A DNA stretch of 64,000 nt from Pocillopora damicornis. Its lineage: Eukaryota. Both the position numbers and the translations under genes were made by a program. Every line of letters begins with the position of its first letter. Within the stretch, counting starts at the first letter, position 1. This document shows, piece after piece, positions 26,988-38,498 of the stretch. Location of the stretch: the NCBI RefSeq assembly GCF_003704095.1, contig NW_020847654.1:186001-250000 (forward strand). Direction: 5' to 3'. The notes beneath the pieces are model-generated. The model made no database searches, was not told the origin of the DNA, and saw only the letters and a program-made list of their open reading frames with translations.

Positions 26988-29900
26988 ATGTCTGGCCAGA
27001 AACCATCTATAACAAGTATTCCGGCGAAGTACATGAACGAGTTAGCTAAAGGAATCACGAGGTTAAATAACAGAATAGAGGATGATGTCAGTGAAATGTG
27101 TCGGGAAGTCTTAAAACCGTTTAGAGAAGACTACAAGACAAAAATAGAGCCAGTGTCAGCAGAAAGACTAGACAGATGTTTGAAAGATATCCTCCGTAGC
27201 TTAAAAATTCACCTGAACTTTCACTGCGGAGTAGCAGAGTCTTCGAGGACGGAAACGGGGATAGAAATGAACACAGAGAGGGAGACAAGCTGTTATGGAG
27301 AAATCGCTGAACTAGAATCTGGTCTGGGTCCAATATCGAACCAGGAGGAGGGACGAATTTTAAAATTTGTCATCGACCCTGGAAGCTTACTTTTGGAAAT
27401 GGTGAGTTGGGAAGCGGCTATAAAGTTACATAATTGATATTGAAATATTGCAAAACGTAAATGTTACAGCAGCCGCACAAGGAAAGAAAATGGAGGTTAG
27501 CTAAACTAACTAATCAAATAAAAAAGAACCATCATTTCTTAAGGCTGCTTTTCAAGGATGCCGTGTCTCGTTCGAAGCCATAATGACATAGTTTACGTTT
27601 GAACGTAAAATCGATATTCGGGAGCCATTCTGTGAGGCTTGTACATCATAATGGATTTACCTATTAGCTTTTGACGATTGATTCTACGCCGACTTAGAAC
27701 CTTAGAACCAAAACAAAATTTTGTGGTTCCCGGCTTTTAAAAAACAAGGAACTCAGTTACATGCCGATAGCTTTTACGCTATAAGTATGTAATTGAGTAA
27801 GTATATCATTTGTTTCGAGGCAGAAGAGATACAATTTTTTTCCTTCAAGAGTTGTAAGCAGGAAAAAAAGCTTGCAAACAGGTATCCTCGCGTTACAATA
27901 GAATATAGTGACAGTGTGACGCATGTATATAATTACGAATGGGAAAAACTGGAATGTGGCTCGTGCAAGCGATAAAAGATTTAAACCATGGCGTCAAAAT
28001 TGTAAAACTCTAGCATACCGATATTTTGTACTGTTTCTGTTGTGGAAGGCGTTTATTATTGTGCAGTGGCGGATGACATTAGTCATTCTGGATCTCTCCT
28101 CGACTTTCCGGAAGCTTTCGGGGAATTTCAAATGTGACTGCGCGCATCTAGAGATCTATTAGGTCTTTCAATACATATATACATCATACATCGACTTTAT
28201 TTATACACGATGAATGATAAAAGCTAAACGCTTATGGGGTCGTGTGTTTAGTTATCTAATCAAATTAATAAGAAACTTAACAACTAGCTGAGGCTCATAA
28301 CAAATGCTAAAATCTCATGCAAATACAGTTGTAATATCTTAAAATCCTAAAAATATCTAAAATCCCGATTCCAAAAATTAACTGTAGAAGCTGGTTCTAC
28401 TTTAAAAGTAAAGTCTGTGAAATCTTTAATTTTACTTAATCTAGAGCTGATAGCTATACGTGGCTCAGAAGCAATATCAGAGTTTTCCGATGTACATATC
28501 AAACTCATGGGGTACAAATAGTCTTAACATAAATGTAATGACCACGCCCACTTCAACACCCCACTCAAATCGAGTGAAATTTTCGAATGTTTTACCATCG
28601 TGCGGATTCTCTACGGAAGAGGGACTCAATGTACCTCTGAAATATTAAACTATAATATTGTGGCTTTCTATTTCGCTAATTTTCTAACTTGAAGGTAAAG
28701 TTTTTCCCCCCTCATTTTTACCTTTTCTCCGAGCGGTTGCGTGAGATTAACAAGGCGTTTTTGATCAAAACACGACCGAGCGAAGGGTCTCGGGCGATAT
28801 CTCTTTTACGCAGTCGCAAATTTAAAATATACCGCCAGAATCAAAAAGAGGAACAAATTTCCTTTGTTTTGATATGTAAATTGTCGAACAAAAAGCAGAT
28901 TTACCTTCGTCAAATGGCGTTTCAAAATAGCCGTATCTTCCTCCTTTTGATTTTTCCTGTTTTGTAAGCGTGAAAGCAGTAGAAGAGGGATCGGGAAACT
29001 CAGAAAGCGCTTCGGGAATTAATCTGCCATCGTTTACTTACAAGATAAACAAGTAAGATTTGTGAAGTTCGTTGAAGTATGAAGTCTAAATAAATGCCTT
29101 TTTAAAGCTTGTTTGCTGGATTTTTCGTAAACTTCCCTGATTAATTTTTCGTTTCAGCTTACTAGTCTATAGTATTTCAAAGCAATGTCAAGACGAAGAC
29201 GGAGGACCATGAGTCGGTCCTTTCAACAATCGTAAACAAAGTGTTTGAGCAATCAGGTATACGAGGTGTAATAATCAATAGCCGTATATAAGAAGTCTTC
29301 AGAAAGAAAGTATTCTGTCTTCAGAAAGCTGTCAAGAAAGCTAATAATCGTGGCGGAAGGCAATTAAACGGGCCCTCGGTATCGATTTAATATCATATCG
29401 ATCTCAATATCATACAGTTCTGTATCTTTCTTTCGTGGATTCGCCTTTCTAACGAGGGTGTATGTTGAGAATTTATTGCAAAATCGCTTTGTTTTTTTAA
29501 TTTCCCTCTTTGACCTGTCCGCCATTTTGAAAATTCGTAACGGAGAGCATGCGCATTACGTGGGGTAAGTGGTTGCGTACACCTGGAACCGAGAAAAACA
29601 AATGTTCGTCGCACTGGGGAAAGAGTTTGATATGTTGCATTCCACAGGACTGCCCCTCTGCAACCAATAGATTGCTGTAAACAACGAGATGTAAATCTAG
29701 GTACAATAAACACGACATTCCCTTTGTTAATGATACTAGTACATAGTTGTTTTGGTAATAAGCCATTATAAGCACTATGCATTAACTTAAAGATTTTGTC
29801 CTTGAAGATGTATGCCAAAGTCTGCCATTTGGCTATCTTTAGAGAGTCTTCGTTCGACGTGTCCTTTAAATTATAAAAAAATAATTGCTGCATAACTGTG

Positions 29901-32900
29901 GAGATTTTCCAGCTTCCCGAATAGCTCTGAATTACTGCAGTTTGCTCAAGTGACTAGACTGTAAGTGACAGATGGCAGAATAAAACTTAAATAGAAATTT
30001 TCCAGTACACTCTTGGGAAGAAATATTGATTTTCTCAGGAAGTTGAGCTTACTTACGAAGCTCTTTTACACTTCTGACAAGTGTGGTGACCATGTCAGTT
30101 TGTTGTCGACCGTTACTCCTAGTAGGCGCGATTTTTTAACCCATGTTACCAAGGAGCCCCCAATAGAAACAGGCGGAATAGGTCCGTTATAATTAGACCC
30201 AGTAATGAGCATAGCCTCGCATTCTTTAGGGTGTGGTATGAGCCTGTTTCTGAGACACCACTCGTGCAGCTCTGTTAACGCTCTGTTTAATAGTGAAACC
30301 GCTACATTTCCATTGTTCCCAACACAGTATACTGAGGTGTCGTCAGCGTACATGTATGTCTCTTCCGAAGCCACAGAGGATGGAAGGTCGCTGGAAGATA
30401 AAGCAAATAATGTTGGTCCTAAAACTGAGCCCTGCGGGACTCCAACTTGAACTGGCTGAGTCCCAGATTCGGCGCCGTTGACCACAGTGAACTGTTTTCT
30501 GTCACTTAGATAACTGTTTAACCAGTTAAGCAAGGGACTAGAGACACCAAAATTGCGCTGTAACTTTGTAATCAGGAGAGAGTACTAAACACAATCAAAG
30601 GCTTTCTTGAAGTCTATAAACACAACTGCAATGGCTTTTCCCTTATCAAGCTCTTTTCTCCATTGCTCAGTCAGCTGTGTTCGTAGTAAATCAGTAGAAT
30701 ATCCTTTGCGGTATGCCCACTCTCTGTCCGAATCAAGGTCGTTAGCTGTGAAAACATGATCAACTAATATGTCATTCACAAGTTCTTCAAGTATCTTGCT
30801 TGGTATGCTCAGAGGTGAGACTGGTCTGTAGTTGGCGATATCTGTCTCATCGTCCTTTTTGTGTATTGGTGTAATCCTTGCCACTTTCCATTGCAAAAAC
30901 ACAGCTTCACGATCAATAATATGCTGGTAGAAGCTGACCAAAAATGGAATCACTGTGTCTCCAGCTACTCTTAATAACTTTGGATGAATATTGTCCGGTC
31001 CAGCAGACTTTTTCACTTGCAATGAGTTAATCTTCCTGGATACCGCTTCTCTGTTTAAGACAACCTGAGACAAAAGTGGTACCTCTTTGTTCTCCAAAGT
31101 TATAGGTTGCAAATGCGTTGATGTTGGCAGTAAGTTATTTAGCTTATTCCCCACGTTAGAGAAGAATAAATTGATCGAGTTCGCTTTTTCTTTATCTGTT
31201 AAAGCCAGAGTTTCATCCTCTTTTTTAATGGGTCCAATGCTTTTTCTGGCTTTTGGATTTGCTGCTTCAGTTACCAAATTCCAATAGGCGCTGGTGTTCT
31301 TAACCTCACTGAAAAAGTCAGAAAAGTAAGGTGCTTTTGCTTGATGCTTAGACGTCATTCCGCAGTCTTTTGTACTCCGACCACTTAGTAGGACACTTAG
31401 AGGCTACGGCTAATTTAAAAAGCTTAAATCTCCTGTTCATCTTTAGGCGTATTTCATTTGTTATCTACGGTGGTGCAGAAACACAGAAAACAGAGACTGC
31501 CAGGCCCACAGAACATCATCCATATCCTCCAAACATTCGGTGGCATGAAATGGGGCGTTAACGAGGTCAGATTTGAAGCTGTTTACGTCAAAGTTCTTAT
31601 AATTCCGTATTTTGATGACTCGTGGAGGCGGCCTTTTGTGTCTTAGACGTAGAGTGGCATAAATTAAATCATGGTCAGTAATACCAAGTGGAAATACTCC
31701 CGTTGAGGTTACCAAATTCCTACGGGCCGTGACAATGAGATCAATCAGCGTAGATGAATCAATTATAGTTCCCCTTGGTTTAGTGATGATGTTTTGCATA
31801 CTGAAATTATCAAAAATGGTTTGTAGCTTAGTACTTCATGCTGTATCACTAGAGTCATTGTAGTCATGCATAATTTAGGTCTCCCAGCAGAAAAATGCCA
31901 GAAGATTTTAACCATGCCCTCTCCAAAGTGGTATTTAATGTATTGAAAAAGGCATTGTCTTTTGGCGGTCTACACATTACTGAAAACAAAGCAGAAGTTG
32001 TAGGAAACTTAACTTATAGCCTTAGTGCCTCAATACATGGAGTGTGCAGGTCCCTTCTATGTACAGCTTTAAAATATTCAGCGTGGTATAATATACACCC
32101 TCTGCCCCTCCTTCCGTTCCTGCCAAGACGTACAAATTTCATTCCCTCGATCTCCAGTTGAGAGTCTGTGATGGAGTTGTCTAAGTGTGATTCAGTAATT
32201 TCTATTATGTCAAACCTGCAAAAGACTTGCAAACACCTTATTTCGTCGATCTTATTCCTTAAACTCCTCACATTCAAGTGGGTCACTTTGATTTCTTTTG
32301 AAGCGCAGCTCTGCACTTTATCGGCCAGGTCTTTCATATAATCCTCCTCGGTAACCATTCTTGTGTCGTTTCTTGTGTCCGAGAAATTCAAATCATATTC
32401 TTCACAGTTAGAATACAACTACGTATGGTCATTAAAATTTTGAAAGTTCACGTATTCGACTGGCAAAACGTTACACCATTTTATAAGTGTCTTGAAACCA
32501 CATCCATCGCAAGTCATCGATCTGTGTGTTTTTACTACGGCTTTTTCGCATACAGTGCAAGGATTTTTGACTGGTCCTGGGTTTAGTTGTACATCTCCAC
32601 TCACCAGTACCTTATTCAGTTGAAAAGTTGCTGTGGAGTTGCAGTAATACTGTAGTCTTGAGTCACAGAAAGATTTTCTATAAAATGATCCAACATGGCG
32701 GACTCTTGTGAGCCGAATTTTACCAGTGTAAGAGCCTTCATACTCCCAAATATAACCTCCATTCCCCCTAGAAACACTATAGAGGTCTATACTTTGACTT
32801 TTCTTAGTAAAAAATCTTGTATTAAGATTGTACAAGGAGCTACACAGGATAAGAAAACTGAAAATTACGGAGTTCAGAAATGCGCGTCCGCCCGCCATGA

Positions 32901-34628
32901 TGACACGTGCATAGCCTGTACCGCTCAAATTTTAACAAAATCGATTGGTGCTTTTAAAAAAAAATACCACTTTTCAAGAGGAAAAGATTTCTATTTTAGT
33001 TCGGGCATACAAACACCCGCGAAGGTGGAGGTGAATAGTAAACACTTAGGGCCGGCTTTTATACAAGAGGTCTAACCCAACAACAGTTTGCGCAATCATT
33101 GGGCCTCAGCTTTCTCTGTAAGAGGGTTGGTTTAAATTAAATAAATGTTCTTCCATTGTTATCTTTTGCCTCTCTTGACACTGTAACAAAAACAAATGTT
33201 AAGGTAAGAGGTTCAACTAAATAGAGGATTGTTTTCGACATGGTTTTGTTGAGCAACGGCTAAACTTTGTCAATAAATAATCATATGTAATTAGAGCCGT
33301 TTAACCCTCAAGTCATGCAAACCGCGCTCTAAACAATCTTAAATCAAGCTAAGCAGAAAATATCACCGAAACGCTAGGTTTTTTCCGAAACTGTCAAAAC
33401 CGCGGCCCAAATTAGACCTCGTTTCAATTACCGACTGCGGCAATAATGCCTGCTTCCGAGAATCTCGATCTTTCCCAAACATTGAGAGTCAAAGGGAAAA
33501 AATAAGCAACTGTTTCCCGTAGAACCAGAATTAAGTGGTTTGGTTCACATCCAGACGAACATAGTAAACAAGCAAAAAAATGAACGTTCATAACAACACA
33601 ACTTTATTTCCTGCAAACACTGCACTCGAACTGCAAATTTCCCTCTAGCAAGGAGCTCTACCAAAAAGTAGCCCTCATCAAAGCCTTTGAGAATATAACT
33701 CCCCGGGAAGTTCTGTTGAATCTCACCGTAGCCAAATTTACGAGCTTAACTTTAGAATTATAACATTTCTTATCATATAGAACTATGTGATTGATATTAA
33801 TGACTCGTAGGCAGTTGGCCTGGTTCTCAGATGTCCAAGTGAGAGAAAGTGGCCTTCACTAGGCTTGTAGATAGACATCTTGACAAACAGTTTCTCAATC
33901 AAAAGTGTTTGTATTTTTTTCCCTTTCAGTTCAGTATTTACACACTCGCGGAAAAGCCAGATGATGTCGAAGGAAGCGAAGCTCATGCCAAACGTGTTTT
34001 TGAACTTGCAAACGTCTGGTTTAAGAAACTTGACATAAAAAACACCTTCAAGCCTAAAGTTTTAGCTAAGATTTCACAACCCGGCAATAACAAGCATTCT
34101 ATTGGGTCTTCAATAGCAGTTAGTCATTTCTTAAGGCCTATCTGTTTGTATAACAGAATAATCCGTCTGAAACGGACTCTTGCAAAAACGATTTTGCATT
34201 TCGAGCCTCTGAAACTAGAGGAAGACGAATGGGTTTTTGAAGCATTTCAACACAAAAGCGGAGACGACGGATATCGTTCCAAAAAAGATACCTGTAAAAA
34301 TTGTAAAATGATCTTCTTTGGTGATCATTGGGGAGAGGGACATTCCACATTTCTTGGAGCATGTGCAGAGTATTGCGCTGTCAACGAGCTTCTTCCACCT
34401 GAAGGAACTGCACAAGATAAAGTTGATAAAGAAGACTCTCCCCTTCTGAAAAGAAACTTATCTCGATGTTCACTTCTTTTCGAAGGCTTTAAGGACATAT
34501 CAGAAAAATGCATTTATGTGTGTAAACAAAAAAATTGTGACGAGAACTCGCTAAAGGAAGTGTATTGGAAAGTAATATATAAATTGCACATTTTTGGTCT
34601 TAAACCAGAATGTAATCCTTGCTTTTAA
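26988..34628 (+). CDS. Uncharacterised protein of about 370 aa with putative zinc-dependent deaminase-like motifs (CKNC-x19-CAE); exons 26988..27401 and 33930..34628
   Basis: A phase-0 GTGAGT donor after 27401 and a phase-0 acceptor (polypyrimidine tract + TTTCAG) before 33930 join two long open frames (...DPGSLLLEM|FSIYTLAEK...). CxxC at 34293..34304, CAE at 34362..34370. The coding call is fairly firm; the function is inference. Confidence 0.7.
28171..32930 (-). mobile_element. Decayed non-LTR retrotransposon (CR1/L2-group LINE): 2A-like leader, PHD finger, APE endonuclease, reverse transcriptase, 3' UTR
   Basis: Fragmented ORFs 32419..32928 (SGDVQLNPGP, CTVC..CDGC), 32014..32418 (HLNVRSLRNK, ITESHL), 31461..31799 (TLIDLI, TDHDLIY), 30585..31358 (KSAGPDNI, NYRPVS, FIDFKKAFDCV), 30066..30533 (GVPQGSVLGP, YADD) and the 5' part of 29393..29893 (RGAVLWN). 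The 3' end with AATAAA and a (TGTA)-like tail is at about 28171..28493. Stops and frameshifts are present. Confidence 0.93.
28494..29635. mobile_element. 1.14-kb insertion with 13-bp terminal inverted repeats, nested in the LINE 3' end
   Basis: ACATATCAAACTC at 28494..28506 and GAGTTTGATATGT at 29623..29635; LINE sequence resumes on both sides; no clear TSD. Confidence 0.7.
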
Positions 34629-37600
34629 TTTTTCTTACCCTGTACTCTGCGTAAGAGGTTGGCAGGCGGTGGCAGGGTGTTATACTGATCTATTTTAGTT
34701 TTCAAAACATATTGAACGAGATCTGTCTGAAAAAATTCTTGATGTGCTTTGTCTTACTGTCGAATAAACTATGCCCGCAAATCTTCAGATTATGCGAAAA
34801 TTTCGAGTAGACTGATCCTCAAAGTCCGTGCTTTACACTTGTTGACTAGATCGTTTAGTTGAAATGGCTATGTCTACATGATGTTTTGAAGCAGCGTTTT
34901 GAAGAAATGGATTGTGCTTTGCAAATCTGAGATACGTGTTACTTCAAACCTAGTTGTTACACTTGATTAGATTTAATTAAGAGTAATAAGTCTTATATGA
35001 TGGATATTAAACAGCTTTGTAGCCTTTTACACGATAACTTCGCTTATGATTAGAAATTTCCAAGTTGCTTGGCTGTCGGATAGAGCAGTATGTTGACTAT
35101 GATTTATTGCGGGCACCCGCAAATTACTAATAAAGCTAAGCCTCTATTACAAGAAGTGACCTATGGTGTTAAAGCCTAGTTATACTCTTCTGTAGTAAAA
35201 TTTTACTTGTTTTCAGGTTACTTCGCGAAAACAACGGGGACTTTCAAGTTATCAAATCTACTTTGCAACTCAGTTGCAACAACAATTCAGTATATCAGTA
35301 TTTGTTCTGCATAGTAACTTCAAATGAACTATTGTACTCTAAGCTGTATTGGAAAAAAGAGAAAGATTAGTTTTTGCATAATACTCGTTTCAAACAATGG
35401 CTGTTTGATACCATTTTTTACTATTTAAGGCACTTGAAAAGTTCGCCGTCTTTGAAAATGAAAGTTTTCCTGTTCCTCAGAGTAGCAAGTCAGTAAAAGT
35501 AGGATTTAATTAAAAGGATAGCAAACCAGGAATTGAAAGTCCAGCCATAAAAATTCAAAGTCCTGCCTCTTAACTGTGGTGATGCAGAGAAAGTAGTCAG
35601 CTATAGTACCTGAGTCAGAATAAGGTAAGTTTTCACTTTAAGGAGTATTTACAAATAAACCTCCCTTCAGAGCGCGAGTTACGAAAGCAAGTTTAGTTAA
35701 TTTATCTCAAAGTTCTTCCTCGAGATATTTACCAGTGTGGCTAACGATGTAATAAGGCTTCTGTTCTACGTGTCAATTTTTAGATTTATGTCATTGCCAT
35801 GGCAACATCATCTCCAATGATAGGCAGATATATTCCAATTTTAGCCTCGATACCTTAATATATTTACTTTCCCACAGTAAAATGTCTGCCATAAATAGAA
35901 GGGAAGTATGGGAAACATAAGGACTTATAATCCTCACCTTTCTTTAATATTTGTAACATTGACATGCCCTTTGAAATTAGGTTTTGAAAATGGGCAACCA
36001 TTCGAAACAATTTTCCTCTTGGGTTTCCAAATTTGAAAACCTATTGGCTTTCAGCGAGTAGACATTTTTACACGTCTTTTGCTACATAAAAAAAAGTCAG
36101 TGAATACAACTTTATAGAGACCAGCCAGTCTTCTGGCGGAATTTTTTGCAGTGCCCTTAGAGTTTATTGGTGTATTTTTCAGTTTTATTTATCGGATTTT
36201 TCTCACTTGTTTTCCTCGATGTGAATGAGCTCAATTTCTACTGTTGCAATTCAAAAATTTCATTCCTTTCGCTTCGTCATTAAAATAATTGGCGACATTC
36301 GGATCTTAATCCAATAATTAGCGAGAGCTATCATTCTAAATTTTTTTCCATTTACCCGACGGAAACATATGAAGTGAAAACAGGAAATAGGAACAGAAAT
36401 AGGAAACAGAGGTCAGAAATCAGATTTAAAGAAGGGTCTTTAGCTCCATTACCGTAATGGAGGCTTCAACGTTATACAACATAGAGACCGTAGTCTGTCC
36501 TGGGGTTGATGAACTCTTTGCAAGGGCATTGGAATTCATGTGAGGTGGCATCCAACCACCCTTTCAGAGGTAATGGAGCCAAAAACAGGAATTGAAAATC
36601 CTGTGAACATTTTAAGAAACAAACTGGCTGCTGACACACAACGAGTGTGCCACCGTAATCGACAGCAAACAAAAAATAAATAAATAAAATACTGGCCTCT
36701 TTAAAATGACATAATTTCTCATTGATTGTCAGAGTTTTTTCGCTCGAACTGTTTATCCAAGTTCTCCATTAACAACTTCCATCCAGTTGTTTCCTGTAAC
36801 TCTTCTATGCTGATTCCGTCATCTTCTTCACTGAAGTCTGATTCCTTCCGATAAAAGAAAGAATGCTAATGAACTAATTAATGAACTTATTAATTAGAAC
36901 ATGCACAGTGTTTAAATAAATCTATTTTTCCTCACAGAAGCCTATAAACAACTATACAAAGCCGGAAGTCATAATATTTTAGAAGCGCGTAAGCTTTTTC
37001 TATAGCGCTCAAAAGACCTCAAAACTCTATAATGAATAACTTTACATTTACGATCGGACATAACATTTTTGTTTTACTTTACACGAGTACATAAACAATT
37101 TTAATTTGAGATGCACAGCTGGAAACAAACAGAAATATTAAAGTTAAAGTCTTGGCCTTTCACATGCGCAGCAATGGTACAAAAAATAACCTTGCGAAAA
37201 TAGGTTTGATACAAGATTTCAAGAGTACATTTGCAACTCAATCGAAATGGAAAATTCGATGATCTCTATATATTAAATCGATAATAGTTAGCTGAATTTT
37301 GGCTAGAACTTTAACAAAAAATAAGCCAAAGTTGTATTAAATCTTACAAGAGAAAGGCGCAAATTACATTCTCCGAGACTATTTTGAAAGTAAAACTCTT
37401 GTATCAAACGTTTTAAAGACTTTTTCCTGAAACTCACCTCGTCGTGATGGTTAACGGTAGCAAATGCTTCATCTCGTTTCTTTCTTTTCCCATAATTTTC
37501 TGGCTGTTCACCCTCAGAATAGAATGAAAATTAAATACTAAACATGGCGAATCAGCTAGACAACTGTAATCAAAATAATCATGTAACAGCTGCTTTCAGA

Positions 37601-37688
37601 GGATTAATTTAATAGAAAAATATTTTAAAAGATATTGATACATATATGTTATTTGCCGGCTGGGAGGTCCGTATGGTGAAAAACTGTG

Positions 37689-37788
37689 NNNNNNNNNNNN
37701 NNNNNNNNNNNNNNNNNNNNNNNNNNNNNNNNNNNNNNNNNNNNNNNNNNNNNNNNNNNNNNNNNNNNNNNNNNNNNNNNNNNNNNNN
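37689..37788. other. Assembly gap (100 N)
   Basis: N run. Confidence 1.
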
Positions 37789-38417
37789 TAGGGAAATATT
37801 TTCGAGCTGTTTTGTTGATAGTTCTCCATAAAGTCATACAATTTTGGATTACAAAAATTGGCCACCTTTTCCCAGTCAGAAAATATTATGCTGTGCTAAA
37901 ACAACTTTTTAGTCCAACAGTTATTTAAAATTAAAAATGATAAGCAATGATTTGAACTATTAGTTCTTTTGATTCCGCTAAATCACTTGAAGAACCTGGA
38001 GCAACCTGAATGAAAGAAATATGGTACGCCTCTTCAGAGTTGCTAAAAAGATGTAGAATGAATGGACATTGGATCTAAGAGACAGACAGTCTCAATAGGT
38101 ATTCTTAGAAGAAAAATTTATGCCTTGATTTGCTGTAAGATATTTCTTGTAATTACCAAATGTTGTTATGGAAAAATGACTATACAAACATGCATTCACA
38201 CAACATGTCCTTCAATAACGAAATCCGCCATTAAAGTCATTCCTAGAAGACGAAATGCAAAAATTAGGAGCAAACCAGAAATTAAAATCTGGAATCTTTT
38301 ATGTTTTGGAATCCGGAATCTTCACAGGTAGAATCCGGAATCCAGCATCTGGAATCCGGAATCCACAGCTGGGAATCCAGAATCTAATACTGTCCTGGAT
38401 TACCTTACATGGGGCGA
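37789..38417 (+). mobile_element. 3' part of the GGAATCC-rich TIR element, beginning at an assembly gap
   Basis: Highly similar direct repeat of 22083..22728; ends in TIR GGATTACCTTACATGGGGCGA. Confidence 0.9.
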
Positions 38418-38424
38418 GGGGCTT

Positions 38425-38498
38425 GCTTCATTGCGATGACCAGAGATCGCCGGCTATAATGAGCGAGCCGCGATGGATCTCAGCGTGATCGCAGTCGC
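38425..38498 (+). repeat. Right-hand remainder of the repeat interrupted at 20103
   Basis: gcttcattgcgatgaccagagatcgcc...gatcgcagtcgc matches the reverse complement of about 24088..24157. Confidence 0.8.

Noticed and set aside
28049-29253. Extra internal exons for the deaminase-like gene (about 28049..28162 and 29166..29253)
   Set aside because: The first ends in an in-frame stop. The second lies in the nested TIR element and ends in phase 1, incompatible with the phase-0 acceptor at 33930. The direct 27401-33930 join is simpler.
29393-29893. 166-aa ORF as an independent gene
   Set aside because: It is a chimera of the LINE RT C-terminus and the nested insertion.
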